From Mobula hypostoma (Eukaryota): DNA of 64,000 nucleotides. The notes beneath the pieces were generated by a model, which had not been told where the DNA came from, made no database searches, and was given only the letters and a program-made list of their open reading frames with translations. Below, in pieces: positions 12,075 to 25,764 of this stretch (position 1 is its first letter; the number at the start of each line of letters is the position of its first letter). Location of the stretch: the NCBI RefSeq assembly GCF_963921235.1, contig NC_086097.1, positions 89,654,001-89,718,000 of the forward strand, given 5' to 3'. Both the position numbers and the translations under genes were made by a program.

Positions 12075-12718
12075 ATTAGGGTGGAAGGCAAGACAGCGGC
12101 TATACTTCATTAGGAGTTTGAAGCAATTTGGCATGTCAATAAATGCACTCTAAAGCTTCTCTAGTTGTACCATGGAGAGCATTCTGACAGGCTGCATCAC
12201 TGTCTGGATTGGTGGGGCTACTGCACAGGACCGAAAGAAGCTGCAGAAGGTTGTAAATCTAGTCAACTCCATCTTGGGCACTAGCCTACAAAGTACCCAG
12301 GACATCTTTAGGGAACGGTGTCTCAGAAAGGTAGCATCCATTATTAAGGACCTCCAGCACCCAGGGGATGCCCTTTTCTCACTGTTACCATCAGGTAGGA
12401 GATACAGAAGCCTGAAGGCACACACTCAGCGATTCAGGAACAGCTTCTTCCCCTCTGCCATCCGATTCCTGAATGGACTTCGAAGCTTTGGACACTACCT
12501 CACTTTCGTTAATATACAGTATTTCTGTTTTTACACAATTTTTAATAATCTATGCAATATAAATAATTGATCTACTTGTTTATTTATTGTTATGTTTTAT
12601 TTTATTTATTATTATTATTTCTCTCTCTGCTAGATTATATATTGCATTGAACTGCTGCTGCTAAATTAACAAATTCCACGTCACATGCCGGTGATAATAA
12701 ACCTGATTCTGATTCTGT
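12075..12718 (+). mobile_element. Rex1/Babar LINE 3' fragment
   Basis: ESILTGCITVW..HPGDALFSLLPSGRRYRS..RFRNSFFPSAIR; tail aataaacctgattctgattctg. Confidence 0.9.
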
Positions 12719-12774
12719 CATTTGATCTTAAGAACAATTATTGAGGTTTGAGACTTCGCTCTCTCTCCTTCTAA

Positions 12775-13115
12775 CCAAAGTCAAAGGTTAAATTTGAGTC
12801 CATTGTCAAATGTACACGTGCATGTACGCACAAGTCAAGGAGAAACTTACCTGCAGCATCACAGGTACATAGCATCATAAATGCAGCATTTACAATGTAA
12901 ACATAAGTGAATTATAAATTATTATGTGATTTTTATAAGAAATAACACAATCAGAGGAAAACAAAACAAAGTCCATTTTATGCAAAGTGGTAAAGTGTTG
13001 CTATACTGAGGTAGAACGGAACGGCTGAAAGCAAGTAACTGTTTTGAACTTGGCAGTGTGGGATTTTGGGCTTCTATACCTCATGCCTGGTGGTAGCTGC
13101 AAGAAGGTGGCGTGT
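12775..13115 (-). mobile_element. Rex1-type LINE 3' UTR fragment
   Basis: caaagtcaaagg tail, aaacttacctgcagc, aagtaactgttttgaactt. Confidence 0.5.
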
Positions 13116-13639
13116 AACCAGTGAAATAGATGAAATGAATGGATATTCCCGTTAATATTTGCCTTCTGCTTTGCATTCACTCTGTGAAAATCAATTCCTT
13201 TCCTTGAGAAATCAGCACCGAAAAAAAGTTGAGGCGAGCATAAAATTAGCCATGGTCATGAACAAATTTGGGGCAGGCTTGTGTGTCTGAGTGGCCTATT
13301 CCTGCTCCTATTTTCTTGTGTGTCCTTTCAGCAGGCCACACTGGACCAGGTTTGCTGCTCTTTATATCCATGGTCTGAATGGGGATGAGAAACAAGGACC
13401 AGGAAGGATAAGTATCCTTTCAGGTGTCTTGATGCATCAGTTCACACGTCCTTCACTGCGGGAAAGGTTGTCACCAGCAGCATCTCTGCTCCTGCTCCTC
13501 AGTGAGAAAAGATAATGGTTGGGTTGTTTTAATTCCAAGCCTGGACTAAACCAAACGATCTTAAACTCTCTACCTCAATTCTGACCTCCTTTGTGGTTTT
13601 AGTCAAACTCGCCCGCAGTTGAAGGAACAACAGCCCTCA

Positions 13640-13925
13640 GCTGTACAGCGGTAAAGCTGCTGCCTCACTCCAGCCGAGACCCAGGTTCATTCCTGACCTC
13701 GGGCACTGCCGGGGTGGAGTTTACGCGTTCTCCCTGTGAAGGTGCGGGTTTCATTTGGGTGCTCCAGTTTCCTCCCCCGTCCTAAAGAGGTGCGGGTTGG
13801 TGCGTTAGTTGCCTGCTGTGAATTGTCCCTATTGTATCGGTGAGTGGTAGACGCTGGTGGGAGCTGATGGGAATGTGGAGAGAATAAAATGGGATTAGAT
13901 GAAGATTAGTGCAAATGGGTAGTTT
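13640..13925 (+). mobile_element. tRNA-derived V-SINE (HE1-like)
   Basis: B-box-like ggttcattcctgacc; V domain gtggagtttacgcgttctccctgtg..gggtgctccagtttcctccc. Confidence 0.8.
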
Positions 13926-14269
13926 TAGTCAGTGCAGGCATTTACTATAAGTGGCCTTGGGCTGGACTTAACTAACCTAACAACCCATTTCCCAATTAGG
14001 GACCTGACTGTTTTCCAGGCACAATGCCATGTTCAACAATTTGAGATTAGAACAGTTTATCTCTTGTTTGCATACAAGGCACAGGCTGCTTCTATCAAAG
14101 TACAGGAAGATGAAGGGCAACTTGCATCTACTCCTCATCTATGGATTCTGAGGTGGTCGATGAAGAACAATCGACTCGTCCACAGGTGGGGCAAGAAGGG
14201 CCTGACAAGGCAAAAGTGAAGTTTATAGTGACTGAATTCCCAAAAACTGCAGATACCAGAAGTTGCAAA

Positions 14270-15155
14270 TGTAACCCTTAGGTTCGTCTAGTGGCTTAAT
14301 CTAGGGGAAGACAGCCCCTGGCCCGGCCAAACTTCAGAAATCTTGTTTGGGTGGATACTGCGTGATCTGTTCCCCTGTTATGAATCAGTAGCCTGAGATA
14401 ACAAACAGTACACAATACTCAATTGAACAATTGAGCTTTATAATTCTTAATTTAACTATAGGTTAGTAATGAAAAAGAAAAACAAAGGAAAAAAGAAGGG
14501 CCCATTCTCATGAAACAGTCTGATGCGCAACACTGGAGCTCACTGCGTTCCCATTTGTTAGCTTTCCATTGATTTTCCCCTCGGGCATCGACTCCCGACC
14601 CCATTCCAAGTCCATTCCGTCCTGCAGACTACGGCTTCCCTGTTCTGGCATCTTCTCTCTCCATCTTCCGCCGAACAAAAGACCATGAAACCTTCACTCA
14701 GGCACACAAGAAAGAAAACACCTTCCCTTACTGGCCAGCGCATATTCCAAAGCCCCCATTATCTCTAAGTAAAAGGTAGTTAGTTAGTCTTGCGAGACCA
14801 TGCATCTGCACCTGTAAAGTCTTCACTCTCCAGGGCGCAGGCCTGGGCAAGGTTGTATGGAAGACCAGCAGTTGCCCATGCTGCAAGTCTCCCCTCTCCA
14901 CGACACCAATGTTGTCCAAGGGAAGGGCATTAGGACCCATACAGCTTGGCACCAGCGTCGTCGCAGAGCAGTGTGTGGTTAAATGCCTTGCTCAAGGACA
15001 CAACACATTCCCTTGGCTGGGGCTCGAACTCACGACCTTCAGGTCGCTAGTTCAATGCCTTAACCACTTGGCCACGTGTTATCTCTAGTCATAACCCAAA
15101 CGCTGCTGCTACAGAGAAACCATCACATTAGCATGGAACATTACAGCGCGTTACA
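14270..15155. mobile_element. Solo LTR with 4-bp TSD (CAAA), carrying a SINE insertion
   Basis: Termini TGTAAC...GTTACA; caaa at 14266-14269 and 15156-15159; flanks rejoin into one Penelope-type repeat. Confidence 0.85.
14768..15078 (-). mobile_element. tRNA-derived SINE with CORE-like segment and RTE-like 3' half; 9-bp TSD
   Basis: A box TGGCCAAGTGG, B box GTTCGAGCC on minus; TSD ttatctcta at 14759-14767 and 15079-15087; same family as 30389-30697. Confidence 0.85.
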
Positions 15156-15744
15156 CAAACATAATCAGGAAACAGTGGAAACACTCAGCAGTCAGGCTGT
15201 ATCTGTAGAAAGAAACAAATGAAGTTTCAGATATCAGAAAATGCTGATGTGTGTTTCCAGCATTCTCTGTTCTGTTTTAGGCAGGTAGGTAGTTGAAAAG
15301 ATATGCACTTCTTCCCTCATTAACACATATATTTGGCCTCAGTTTGCGGGTTTCTGCTTCCCATTCACCCATCTTTTCTTTTCATTCTTTCCCTCTGTCA
15401 TCCCAATGCCCTTCTCATTACTATCGCCCACCCAACACTGTAAGTCGCAGGTCCAAATCGCAAGCCTAGCTTTACAATGCCCAGTCCGAGCTGTTGTCAT
15501 CTCCCCCACTCCATGCACCACACAAAGAGGGTGCTGCACTACCAGCTCTTGGATGAAAGGTTAACTTGGTGTTTCTGCACAGCTCTGATGGGCTGAATGT
15601 CCTCCAAAGTTTTGGTTCTTTTACGGCTGCTGTTGAGGTCGGACACAAGCCAGCAATCAGGTGCAGTGAGCAATTTGGTCTCCAATTTCAGGTTAACTGC
15701 TCTGCTGCTGTCCCTTACCTCCCTCCACCTGTCTCAGCAAGAAC

Positions 15745-16850
15745 CTGGACCCACTGCAATTTGCCTATCGCCACAATAGGTTTACAGTGGATGCGATCTC
15801 ATTGGCTCTTCATGCAGCCTTTGATCACCTGGACAATACTGTACATATGTAAGGCTGCTGTTTATCAACTACAGCGCAGCGTTTAATACAATCACTCCTA
15901 CAGGTATGATCAAAAAGGTCCAAAACCTGGGCCTCTGTACCTCCCTCTGCAACTGATCCTCAACTTCCTCACTGGAAGACCACAGCCTGTGCGGATTGGT
16001 AATAACACCTCCACCTCACTAATAATCAACACTGGTGCACCTCAGGGATGTGTGTTTAGCCCACTGCTCTATCTCTCCATATCCGTGACTGAGCGGTTAG
16101 GCACAGCTCAAATACCTTCTGTAAATTTGCTGATGACACAACTGTTTTTGGCAGTATTTCAGATGGTGACGAGAGGGTGTACAGGAGCAAGATAAGTCAG
16201 CTGGTTGAGTGGTGTGGCAGCAACATCTTGCACTCAGTGTCAGTAAGACCAAAAAATTGATTGTGGACTTCAGAAAGGGGAAGACAAGGGAACACACACC
16301 AGTCCTCATAGAGGGATCAGAAGTGGAAAGAGTGAGCAGCTTCAAGTTCCTGGGTGTCAAGATCTCTGTGGATTTATCCTGGGCCCAGCATATTGATGAG
16401 GCTACAAAGGAGGCATGACAGCAGCTATATTTCACTGGGAGTTTGAGGATATTTGGTGTTACCAAAGACACTTGCAAATTTGTACAGATGTACCATGGAG
16501 AGCATTCTAACTGGCTGCATCGCCATCTAATATGGAAGGTGGGGGAGTGGGGTGTGACACTGCACTGGATGGAAATAAGCTGCAGAAAGTTGTAAACTCA
16601 GTCAGCCCCATCATGGGATCCAGTCTCCTCAGCACCCTAAACATGCCTCAAAACAGCAGCATCCATCACTAAGGACCCCCGCCTCCCAGGACATGCCCTC
16701 CTCTCATTGCCATCAGCAGGGCAGAGGTTCAGGAGGCTGAAGGTACACACTCAGGAACAGCTTCTTCTCTTCCGCCATCAGACTTCTGAATGGGCATTGA
16801 AACCATAAAAACTATCTCGTTACTTTTTTGCACTTCTTATTTAACTTAAC
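15745..16850 (+). mobile_element. Rex1/Babar LINE RT and 3' fragment
   Basis: [40 protein letters not shown]. Confidence 0.9.
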
Positions 16851-16854
16851 TTAC

Positions 16855-17278
16855 ACTTCCCCCAGTCCCCATCACTCCCTTTCCTTCTCTCCTCCATCTA
16901 TTCATCACCCACCAGTCCTGCCCCAGGTTTTATCCTTTCACTGTTCTCATCTGCTCTCTCCATCTCCTTTGTTTGGTTCCACATTCCTTTCCCATCAGAT
17001 TCCATCATCTGCAACCCACCTCCCAGGCTCTGTTGCTATCTCTACTTTTCCCTCCTCCATCTGCCTTCCTGACCTCCTCAGCTAGATCCACGTATTGCTT
17101 GCCAGCTCTTGCTCCATCATGACCGCTACCAGCTCTCTCCCCTCTTTCCCTCAGTTCAGATGAAGGGTCTCAACCTGAAATGTGGACCATCCATTTCCCT
17201 CCACAGATGCTGCCTGACCTGTTGAGTTTCTCCGGCACCTTGTTCGTTACTCTGAACTCCAGCATCTGCAGTGCCCCC
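16855..17278 (+). mobile_element. Penelope-type 3' region with hammerhead-like core
   Basis: Pyrimidine-rich tract then cagttcagatgaagggtctcaacctgaaatg and cagatgctgcctgacctgttgag. Confidence 0.6.
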
Positions 17279-17299
17279 AAACCAAACGGTATGTTGGGG

Positions 17300-17975
17300 G
17301 CAAATGGTCAGAGAGGATTTGAGTACAAAAGTAATGATACCTTTCAGTAATTTTAGAGCACTTTGATGTGGCTGTACCTTGGGTTTTGCATATGTTTGGG
17401 TCTCTTTATCCTTAAATGATGTACTTGCTATTGATGGAGTGTAGTGAAGATTTAGTAAACTGGTTCTGGCATAGCGAGCCATATGACGAGAGATGAGGCC
17501 TGTATTTTCTTGTGTTAAGAAGAATGAGAGGAGGAGGCATTGAAACTTACAAAACTCTTGCAGGGTTAAACAGGCTAGACTCACTAAGACGTAAAAGCTA
17601 CTGAAAGGCCTGCATAGAGTGGATGTGGAGAGAACATTTCTAATATTGGGAGTGTCTAGGATCTGAGGCTAGCACTTTGGAATAAAGGATGTCTTTTTAA
17701 AACTGAGATGAGCAGGATTTTCTTCAGCCAGAAGGAGGTGAATCTGTGTAAATTGTTGTCAAAGAGGTCTATGGCAAGTCATTGTGTGTATTTCAGACAG
17801 ATTGATAGATTCTTGATTATTGTCTTTCGGTCTTCTGCTCTTGACTGGTAAGGGGGTTACAGGTTGCAGACTGGAGAATGGGATTTTGAAAAAACAATCA
17901 TGATTGAGTCATGGGACAGACTCAATGGGCCGAATGGCCTAATTTGATTCCTATATCTTATGGTCTTATGATGAA
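17300..17975 (+). mobile_element. CR1 LINE 3' fragment(s), degraded
   Basis: RT C-terminal remnants; tail gggccgaatggcctaat..tcttatggtcttatg. Confidence 0.75.
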
Positions 17976-18929
17976 TCTTTGGAATTCTCTGCCCCAGAAG
18001 GTTCGGTCACTGAATTCATTCAAAACAATGATCAATATATTTCCGCCTATTAAGGAAATCAAAGCATTTGTGGATAGCATAACATGAGTCACGATCTTGA
18101 TGAAGGATGGAGGAATGCAGGGGCTTGGTGGGTCAACTTCAGCTCCTAGTTCTTATGTTCTTACATTTTGATCCGGCAAGGCTCCCCTGTTGCTTACACA
18201 TCCTTGCACCATAGTACACACCATTACAACCGTGACCAAATTTCTAACAAATACTCCTTTGTGTACAAAGGGCTTTGGGACATCCTGAGGCAGGGAGAGC
18301 CTCCGTGCTATTGTAACTCTGTACACTCTGAATGAAACCAAGCTCTGATGGACTGTCACTGTCCATGAAGCAGCTAAATAAGACAAACAGTTATTATCTG
18401 CTATGTTTATCTCCCTATACACTGCAAGCTTCTTCCTGCAGTGTTTATGCTATTTAGTGAACCATTGCTAGTCATCAGAATGCAAACTTTCAACTGAGAA
18501 AGGTGTGACATTGCAAATCAACCAACTCCAATTATATTACACTTCACCTCTGTGATTAATTAAGGAACAGAATTGGAAGAGGGACTGGCCCATTTAAACT
18601 CTCAAGCCTTTTCTTACCATTGTGTCTCATCTGTCTGTTGATCATTTTATCACTGATTCACAGAAACGTACGGCATTGAAGGAGGGCTTCTGCCTCCTCT
18701 ACCTAACTCATTCTCCGTGTTCTCTCCACCACCACCCCCACACTCCACAGTGTGCTTGCTTTCTTCCTTGTCCAGTTCAAAACTTTCACACTGCTTACCT
18801 CTCCAAAGATGTTACCTGACCTGTTGAGTATTCGTTGTTTTTGACCAGTTGAGTATTGCTTCAGACCTCTAGCCCCTGCAGTTTGTTTTTTAAAGAGTTC
18901 CTCCCCGCCCATTCTGTGTCATGAGGACA

Positions 18930-21374
18930 CAGAACGAATATCGGGAATGCAATGTGTTTCACCGAGACGTGGTTACACGAGCAAATCCCAGATTCTAACG
19001 CTACTGTAAATGGGTTTTCAACGATATGAATAGACAGAGTTTATCTACAGTGTGGTAAGAGGAAGGGAGGTGGGCTTACTGTGCTTGTGAACAATACAGA
19101 TGGTGTAATCCCGATCACATTTCTGTGAAAGAATGAATCTGCAATCTGGACATCTAGCTACTTGCTGTGAGTTTGCATCAGTTTTATCTACTGTGTGAGT
19201 TCAGCCACGCCATATTGCTCGTTGTCTACATTCTGCCTTCTCGTCGCAGTCCTGATGCTGCGTGTGATGTCAAACACACTACCGTCGCGAGACTCCAGAT
19301 ACTGCTATCCATTCATTGGTGTATCAGAAGACTTCAACCATGTTTCTCTCTCAACAACCCTACCCACCTTCAATCTGTTTGTCAAGTGTCATACAAGAGA
19401 AAATAAAACACTGGATCTCTTGTATGCAAATGTCAAAGATGCATACAGCTCCACAGCTCTCCCCCCACTAGGAAGATCAGATCACAATCTGGTTCACCTC
19501 ATGCCCTTGTACAAGCTTAAAGTACAGCAACAGCTAGTTACCACCAAGATAGTAAAGAAATGGTCTCCAGAGGCCATGGAGGCCTTGAAGGGCTGCTTTG
19601 AGGTTACTGACTGGAATGTGCATTGTGACTGGGAGGACATTAACGGATTTACTGATTGCATCACTGGCTACATCAACTTCTGTGTGGACACTGGAATACC
19701 ATCAAGGACTGTTCGCTGCCTCCCCAGCAACAAACCATGAATCACCAATGATGTAAGGGCTCTTCTTAACCACAAAAAGAGAGCTTTAGATCAGCAGAGA
19801 GGGAGGAATTGAAACGTGTAGAGGGAGCTAAAGGAGAAGATGAAGGTGGCTAAAGAGGAATACAGGAGAGAGCTGGAGAATAAGCCTGGGGAGAGTAGCA
19901 CACGGGAGGTGTGGAGAGACACGAAGAACATCACTGGCTCAAACAGCCTACTTGTGGAGCGTGGGAATGCAGCCGTGAATAGATTAATGAGTTAAACCAA
20001 TTCTTCAATAGGTTTGACAATTGTCCTCCTGTTCACACCCCCCCCCCTCAGCACACCAGTCCGAGGGCAGAGGCACCCAATGCTCCCTCAGCATCAATAC
20101 TCCCTGTCTCTCTCCTCTCCCCTGTCTCTACTGTCTACATCACCTCCTTACCCTGCACCTACCATCCACAGCTCCACTTACCAACTGCTATTGTCCCGAT
20201 CTTCACCTCCCCTAGTCCCCACCTTCCACCAACTCTCCAGTCACCATCGACTCACCTTCACTACTGAGCAGGTGAGAAGGGCTCTGGGCAAACACAAACA
20301 CGCCAAAGTATTGGGACCGGATGGTGTGAACCCCAAGGTCCTGAAGGAGTGAGCTGAGCAGCTGTGTGGAGTTCTCCAGCCCATTTTCAATCGCAGTCTC
20401 AGCCTGGGAAAGGTCCCGACTGTATGCAAGACATTATGTGTGGTCCCAGTACCTAAAAAAGGCCAACCGAAAGTCTTGAATGACTACCGTCTGGTGGCCC
20501 TGGCTCCCTTCCTGTTTACCTTGTGTACCTCGGACTTTAGATACAATACTGAGTCATGTCATCTGCAGAAATTCTCTGATGACTCAGCAATAGTTGGGTG
20601 TATAAAGGGAGGACGGGAGGACAAATTCAGGGCTCTGGTGGAGCACCCTGTGAAATGGTGCAAGCTGAATCATCTGCAAACATCAATAAGACAAAGGAGA
20701 TGGTGATGGACTTTAAGAAGTCTAAGTCTGTTACTACTGATGGTGAGGACGTGGATGTGTTGAGGACTTACAAGTACCTGGGGGTGCACCTGGATGACGG
20801 ACTTGAGTGAAGCACCAACATACAGGTTGTGTACAAGAAGGGCCAGAGTCAACTCTACTGCCTGAGGACACAGAGATCCTTTGGAGTATGCAGGCCTCTC
20901 CTTCACATGTTCCACCAGTCTGTTGTCACCAGTACAATATCCTATGCAGTGGTGTGCTTGGGCAATGGCATCTACATGGGTGATACCAACAACCTCAATA
21001 AACTGATTATAGGAGTCAAATTGGACACACTGGAGGCTGTGGTAGAACAAAGGACTCTCTGGAAAATCCTGGCAATTCTGGACAATGTTCCTCACCCTCT
21101 GCATGCCACCTTGGCTGAACAGAGGAGCACTTTTAGTAATAGACTAAGACAACAGCGCTGCTCCAAAGAGTGCTATATGAGGTCATTCTTACCCTCGGCC
21201 ATTAGACTCTATAATGAGTCAAACTATAGACAGGGAAGTGGTGACCCCCTCCTGTTAGACTGTTTGAGGTAATTAATTTTTATTCTTCCTTCTCTTATAA
21301 TATTTGTATATCTATGCACTTGTAATGCTACTGTGACACTAATTTCCTTCGGGATCAATAAAGTATCTATCTAT
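18930..21374 (+). mobile_element. Rex1/Babar LINE, EN plus internally deleted RT, pseudogenised
   Basis: FTETWL, DFNHVSL, TLDLLYANVKDAY, PLGRSDHNLV, GPDGV, LQKFSDDSAIVG, YKYLGVHLD, RSFLPSAIRLYN; tail gggatcaataaagtatctatctat. Confidence 0.95.
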
Positions 21375-21599
21375 AAACAATGTCATCTCTTGGACTCCCA
21401 TCATGTCAGCAACTCGGACAGTCAAAAATTAAGGTAAAAAAAATACAACCTTTGAAAGTTTTGCAAAATCCTGCCCCATTTTATTAGACCATTGTGCAAA
21501 ATTCAACAAAATTGTGCTGCCAGTTGTCACTAAATATCAATCTCACTTTCTGCTGCCCCAGAAAACGTTGTCTTGCATAAGCTTGTTAGCTTCTGTTTA

Positions 21600-22062
21600 A
21601 CAGCCAGTGATTCATGGGTACACCCCTCTCCACCGTTGATAGTACCCACAGAAGGCACTGCCTCAAAAGGGCAACATTGATCAGCAAAGACCCCCAATAT
21701 ATGGGCCATGCCATCATCTCACAGCTACCATCAGGAACTAGGTACAGATACTTGAATTCCTACACCAGCAGGTTTGAGAATAGCTACTCACTTCCAGAGA
21801 CAACTGGCAAAGCCCTAATAACAAAAGTTTAGCAACACTATGACCACTTTAACCACCTTGCGCTAAAGCAGACTTTGCTTCTTTTCCCTGTGTTTTTTTC
21901 TGTAAAAAGTGTGTATAATTCATGATTAATTTATTCTTATGAATGCTGCTTATCTGATGCTATATACCCCCGATGGTGCGGCACTGTAAGAAAGTTTTTC
22001 ATTGCTCCTGTGCACACGTTTACTTGTGCAGATGACAACAAGCTTGACCTTGCATTTTGATG
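21600..22062 (+). mobile_element. Rex1-type LINE 3' fragment
   Basis: HCLKRATLISKDP..LPSGTRYR; tail ttgaccttg. Confidence 0.7.
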
Positions 22063-22584
22063 CTCAATCAGCAGGCACCTCACCCAAGTTTCTCCCTGAG
22101 CTTCATGAGCCTGTGGAAGGAATAACTTTCTGGTAACTGAATTAACCCTCTAGTTTAAATACCTTAAACCCCTTTCCATGCCTCTGTGTCAATGAGGTAT
22201 TTTTGAAATGTAGTCACTCTTATTATGTAGCCGGAGTAGGTAAATTGGCCCTTCATGCCTGGTCTGATATGCTATAAGGTCATGGGTGACTTTTTATCTT
22301 AGTTAACTCAGATTCCTTGATTCTTTCAGTATTCGAAAACCTGCCAATCTCTTTCCTTGTTGATACTCAGTAAATGAGCCTCCATAGACCTCATTCCAAA
22401 GATCTCATTGTCATCCAGGTGATGAATTTTCTTCTAATCTCTGTCCTGAATGACTGGTCTCTTATTTTGAGTCTGTGACCCTGGCAATGGGTAATACAAT
22501 CGTAGTATCCACCCTATTGAGCTTCTAATACAGTGTACTTCAATAGGATCATTTCATTTTTGTCAAGTACAGGCACATTACAGC

Positions 22585-22925
22585 ATCATAGAGTCTTACA
22601 GATTCTTAGAGTATTGCCAACCGGTCCATGATGACCAAAATGCCCATTGGTTCTAGTCCTTGTTGTCTGCATTTGGCCGATCTCCCTCTAAACCTTTCCT
22701 ATCCACGTAACTGTCCAAGTGCCTTTTAAACATTGTTAATGTATTTACCTTAATAACTTCCTCTGGCAGCTCAGTTTATGTAAGCACCATTCTTCAGATG
22801 AAGAAGTTACCCCTCATGTTCCTATTAAATCTCTTCCCTCTTGCCTTAACCCATGATTCCTGAAACCTGCATTACTCTCTGCTCATTGGGTAGTCTTCCT
22901 CTCATTCCAGGAATCAACCCTGCTT
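22585..22925 (-). mobile_element. CR1 LINE 3' fragment
   Basis: catagagtc tail; ctctggcagctc; aagaagttacccctc. Confidence 0.65.
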
Positions 22926-22929
22926 GTAA

Positions 22930-23237
22930 GAGCAATTGCAAAGGAAGCGCGGTGACGTCTCTACTTCCTTAGGAGTCCTCAGAGATTTGGCATGACGTCT
23001 AAAACTTTGACAGACTTCTATAGATGTGTAGTAGAGACTGTATTGACTGGCTGCTTCACGGCCTGGAATGGAAACTCCAATGCCTTTGAATGGAAAATCC
23101 TACAAGACGTAATGGATTTTGCCCAGTACATCATGGGTAAAGCCTTCCAAACCATTGAGCACATCTACATGAAACATTATCATAGGAAATCAGCATCCAT
23201 CTTTAGAGACCCTCACCACCCAGCCCATGCTCTCATG
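22930..23237 (+). mobile_element. Rex1-type LINE fragment
   Basis: LTDFYRCVVETVLTGCFTAWNG..RDPHHPAHAL. Confidence 0.85.
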
Positions 23238-24014
23238 CTCTCTTCACCCTGGGAGAAAGACTCTTGCTATCTCCCTTGCATGTTGTTTTATAAACTTCAT
23301 CAGGTCTCCTCACAGCCTTCGACACTCCAGAAAAAAAATCCCAAATTTGTCCATCCTCTGCTAATGCTTAATACTCCCTAATCCAGACAACATCCTTGTG
23401 AATCTCTTCAACAGTCTCTCCAAAGCCTCCATATTCATTCTATAATGCAGTGACAGGAACTCCAAATGTGACCAAACCATGACCACCAATGTCAGCTGCA
23501 AACAACTTCCCCACCTTTATACTTAAACCCCTGACAATTCATTCATAGCCTCCTTAAAGGCCACCTCTTGGGCCAAATCTTGGACACACTTGTCTAGTGA
23601 ACCCTGAGGCCTGACGTCAGGGGTTACCTGATTACAAACTTAAGATACACCTTGGAAAAGTTTGCTACATTAAAGAGAGTGAATTGGTGATGAATTGTCT
23701 GAAAAAACTGGTTCTGCTTTAAGATACAAATGAATCATTCTTTCTTCAGAGCTGAATGAGAGAGTTTAATGTGGATGACATACTCAGCACAATCCTGTAA
23801 AGACACTACACAATCCCTGTAATTTTAAATACTCCTTCAAGGTATTTTGGTAGTCAGTTATGCCTGTGGTGTTCAATCGTACAATCATAGAGTCATGGAA
23901 TGATAAAGCAAGGAAACGGGCACATTAGCCCACTTTTGGGCAAATACGGTTAGTGGAAATGGGAAAGCATTTGGCCTGGACATGATGAGCTGAAGGGCTA
24001 GTTTCCATTTTGTC

Positions 24015-24190
24015 CGTTCTGACTTTTGGGACGTGGGAGAAAACTGGAGAAACCAGGGGAAGCCCACAAGGTCACAGGGAGAAGGGACAGTGTCTGGACG
24101 GACAGCACCCAAAGTCAGTATCGAATCTGGGTTACAGGAGATGTGAGCGAGCAGCTCTTCTGGGTATACCACAGTGCTGCTGCAGGTTGA
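24015..24190 (-). mobile_element. V-SINE/HE1-like fragment
   Basis: ttttgggacgtgggagaaactggag..cccacaaggtcacagggagaagg..atcgaatctgggt. Confidence 0.7.
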
Positions 24191-24294
24191 TAAGAATCCA
24201 GGTGGGGTTACTTGACTCGGCCAGTGCAGAAACAATTGGTCTCAGCTTGAGGGCTGAGGGATTGTGAAATCCCAGGAACCAATTCTATCTTTGA

Positions 24295-25764
24295 ATCATG
24301 GAGCCATAGAACACTGCAGCATGGAAACAGCCCTTCAGCTCATCTAGTTCATGCTAAACTATTATTCTGCCTAGTCCCCTCAACCTGCACCTGGATCGTA
24401 GCCCTGCATACCGCTCTCATCCATGCAGCTATCCAAATTTCTGTGTGAAGTTGAAATCAATCCCATATCCACCACTTCTCCTGGCAGCTTGTTCCACACT
24501 TGCACCACCCTCTGGGTGCAGAAGCTCCCCCTCATGTTCTCCTCAAACTTTTCACCCTTCACCCTCAACTAATGACCTCTAGATCTCATCTCATCCAACC
24601 ACAATGGGAAAGAGCCAGCTTGTATTTACTCTATCTATACCCTCCACAATTTTGTATATCTCCATCAAATCTCCCCTCATCCTCCTACACTCCAGGGAAT
24701 CAAGTCTTAACGTATTCAACCTTTCCCTATAACTAAGGTCCTCAAATCCTGGCAACATTCTTGTAAGTTTCTCTGCACTTTTTCAAACTTATTTACATAT
24801 TTCCTGTAGGTAGGTGATCAGAATTGCATACAGTACTCAAAATTAAGCCTCACCAATGTCTTATACAACTTCAACATCACATCCCAACTCCATTACTCAC
24901 TACTTTGATTTATGAAGGCCAATATGCCAAACACTCTCTTTACTACCTGTCCAGTTGTGACACTACTTTCAAGGAATTATGTATCTGTATTCCCAGATCC
25001 CTCTCTTCTACCACAACCCTCAGTGCCCTATCTTTCACAATGTAGATTTTCTCAAAGTGCAAAAGCTCATATTTGTCTGCATTAAGTTCCATCTGCCATT
25101 TATCAGCCCATTTTTCCAGCTGGTCCAGATCCTGCAGCAAGCTTTGATAGCCTTCCTTGTTGTCACGGCACCCCGCTGTTCCAATTACCGCATTACAGAT
25201 GATAAAGAACAGACCCAACACCAAACCCCTACGGAACACCACTAGTCATAGTCCTCCAGTCAGAGAGGCAATAATCTTCTATTACTCTCCAGTTTCTCCT
25301 GCAAAACCAATGTCTAATCCAATTTACTATCTCATCCTGAATTCCAAGTGTCTGAACCTCCTTGACCAGCTTTCCATGTGGGACCTTGTCAAAGGCCTTG
25401 CCAAAGTCCACGTAGCCAAAATCCTGATTGAGAGCTGAGTCCTGTTTACTGTTTATCTGTACTGCACTTTTCATATGCATTTTGAATTATATTTTATTAA
25501 TTTATTTGTGGTAATATTTTATCTTATGTGCTGGTTGTGATATTTGTATTCTAGGTTCACCGTGGTCCAGAGGAAAGTGTTTCATTTGGTTGTATAAGTA
25601 CAGACAGATGACAATAAACTTGAATTTGAACATCTTCTGCCTTTCTTTCATTGATTCCTGGTAACTTCCTCAAGAAATTTTATAAGATGGTTGGACACGA
25701 CCTACCCTGCACAAGGCCATGTTGAGTATCCCTAACCACTTCCCGTCTATCCATATGCTTATAT
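24295..25764 (-). mobile_element. CR1 LINE (host copy, 3' part; continues at 29417-30860)
   Basis: YVDFGKAFDKVPHGKL, LQDLDQLEKWADKWQMELN; a Rex-type tail is inserted at ~25425-25630. Confidence 0.85.
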
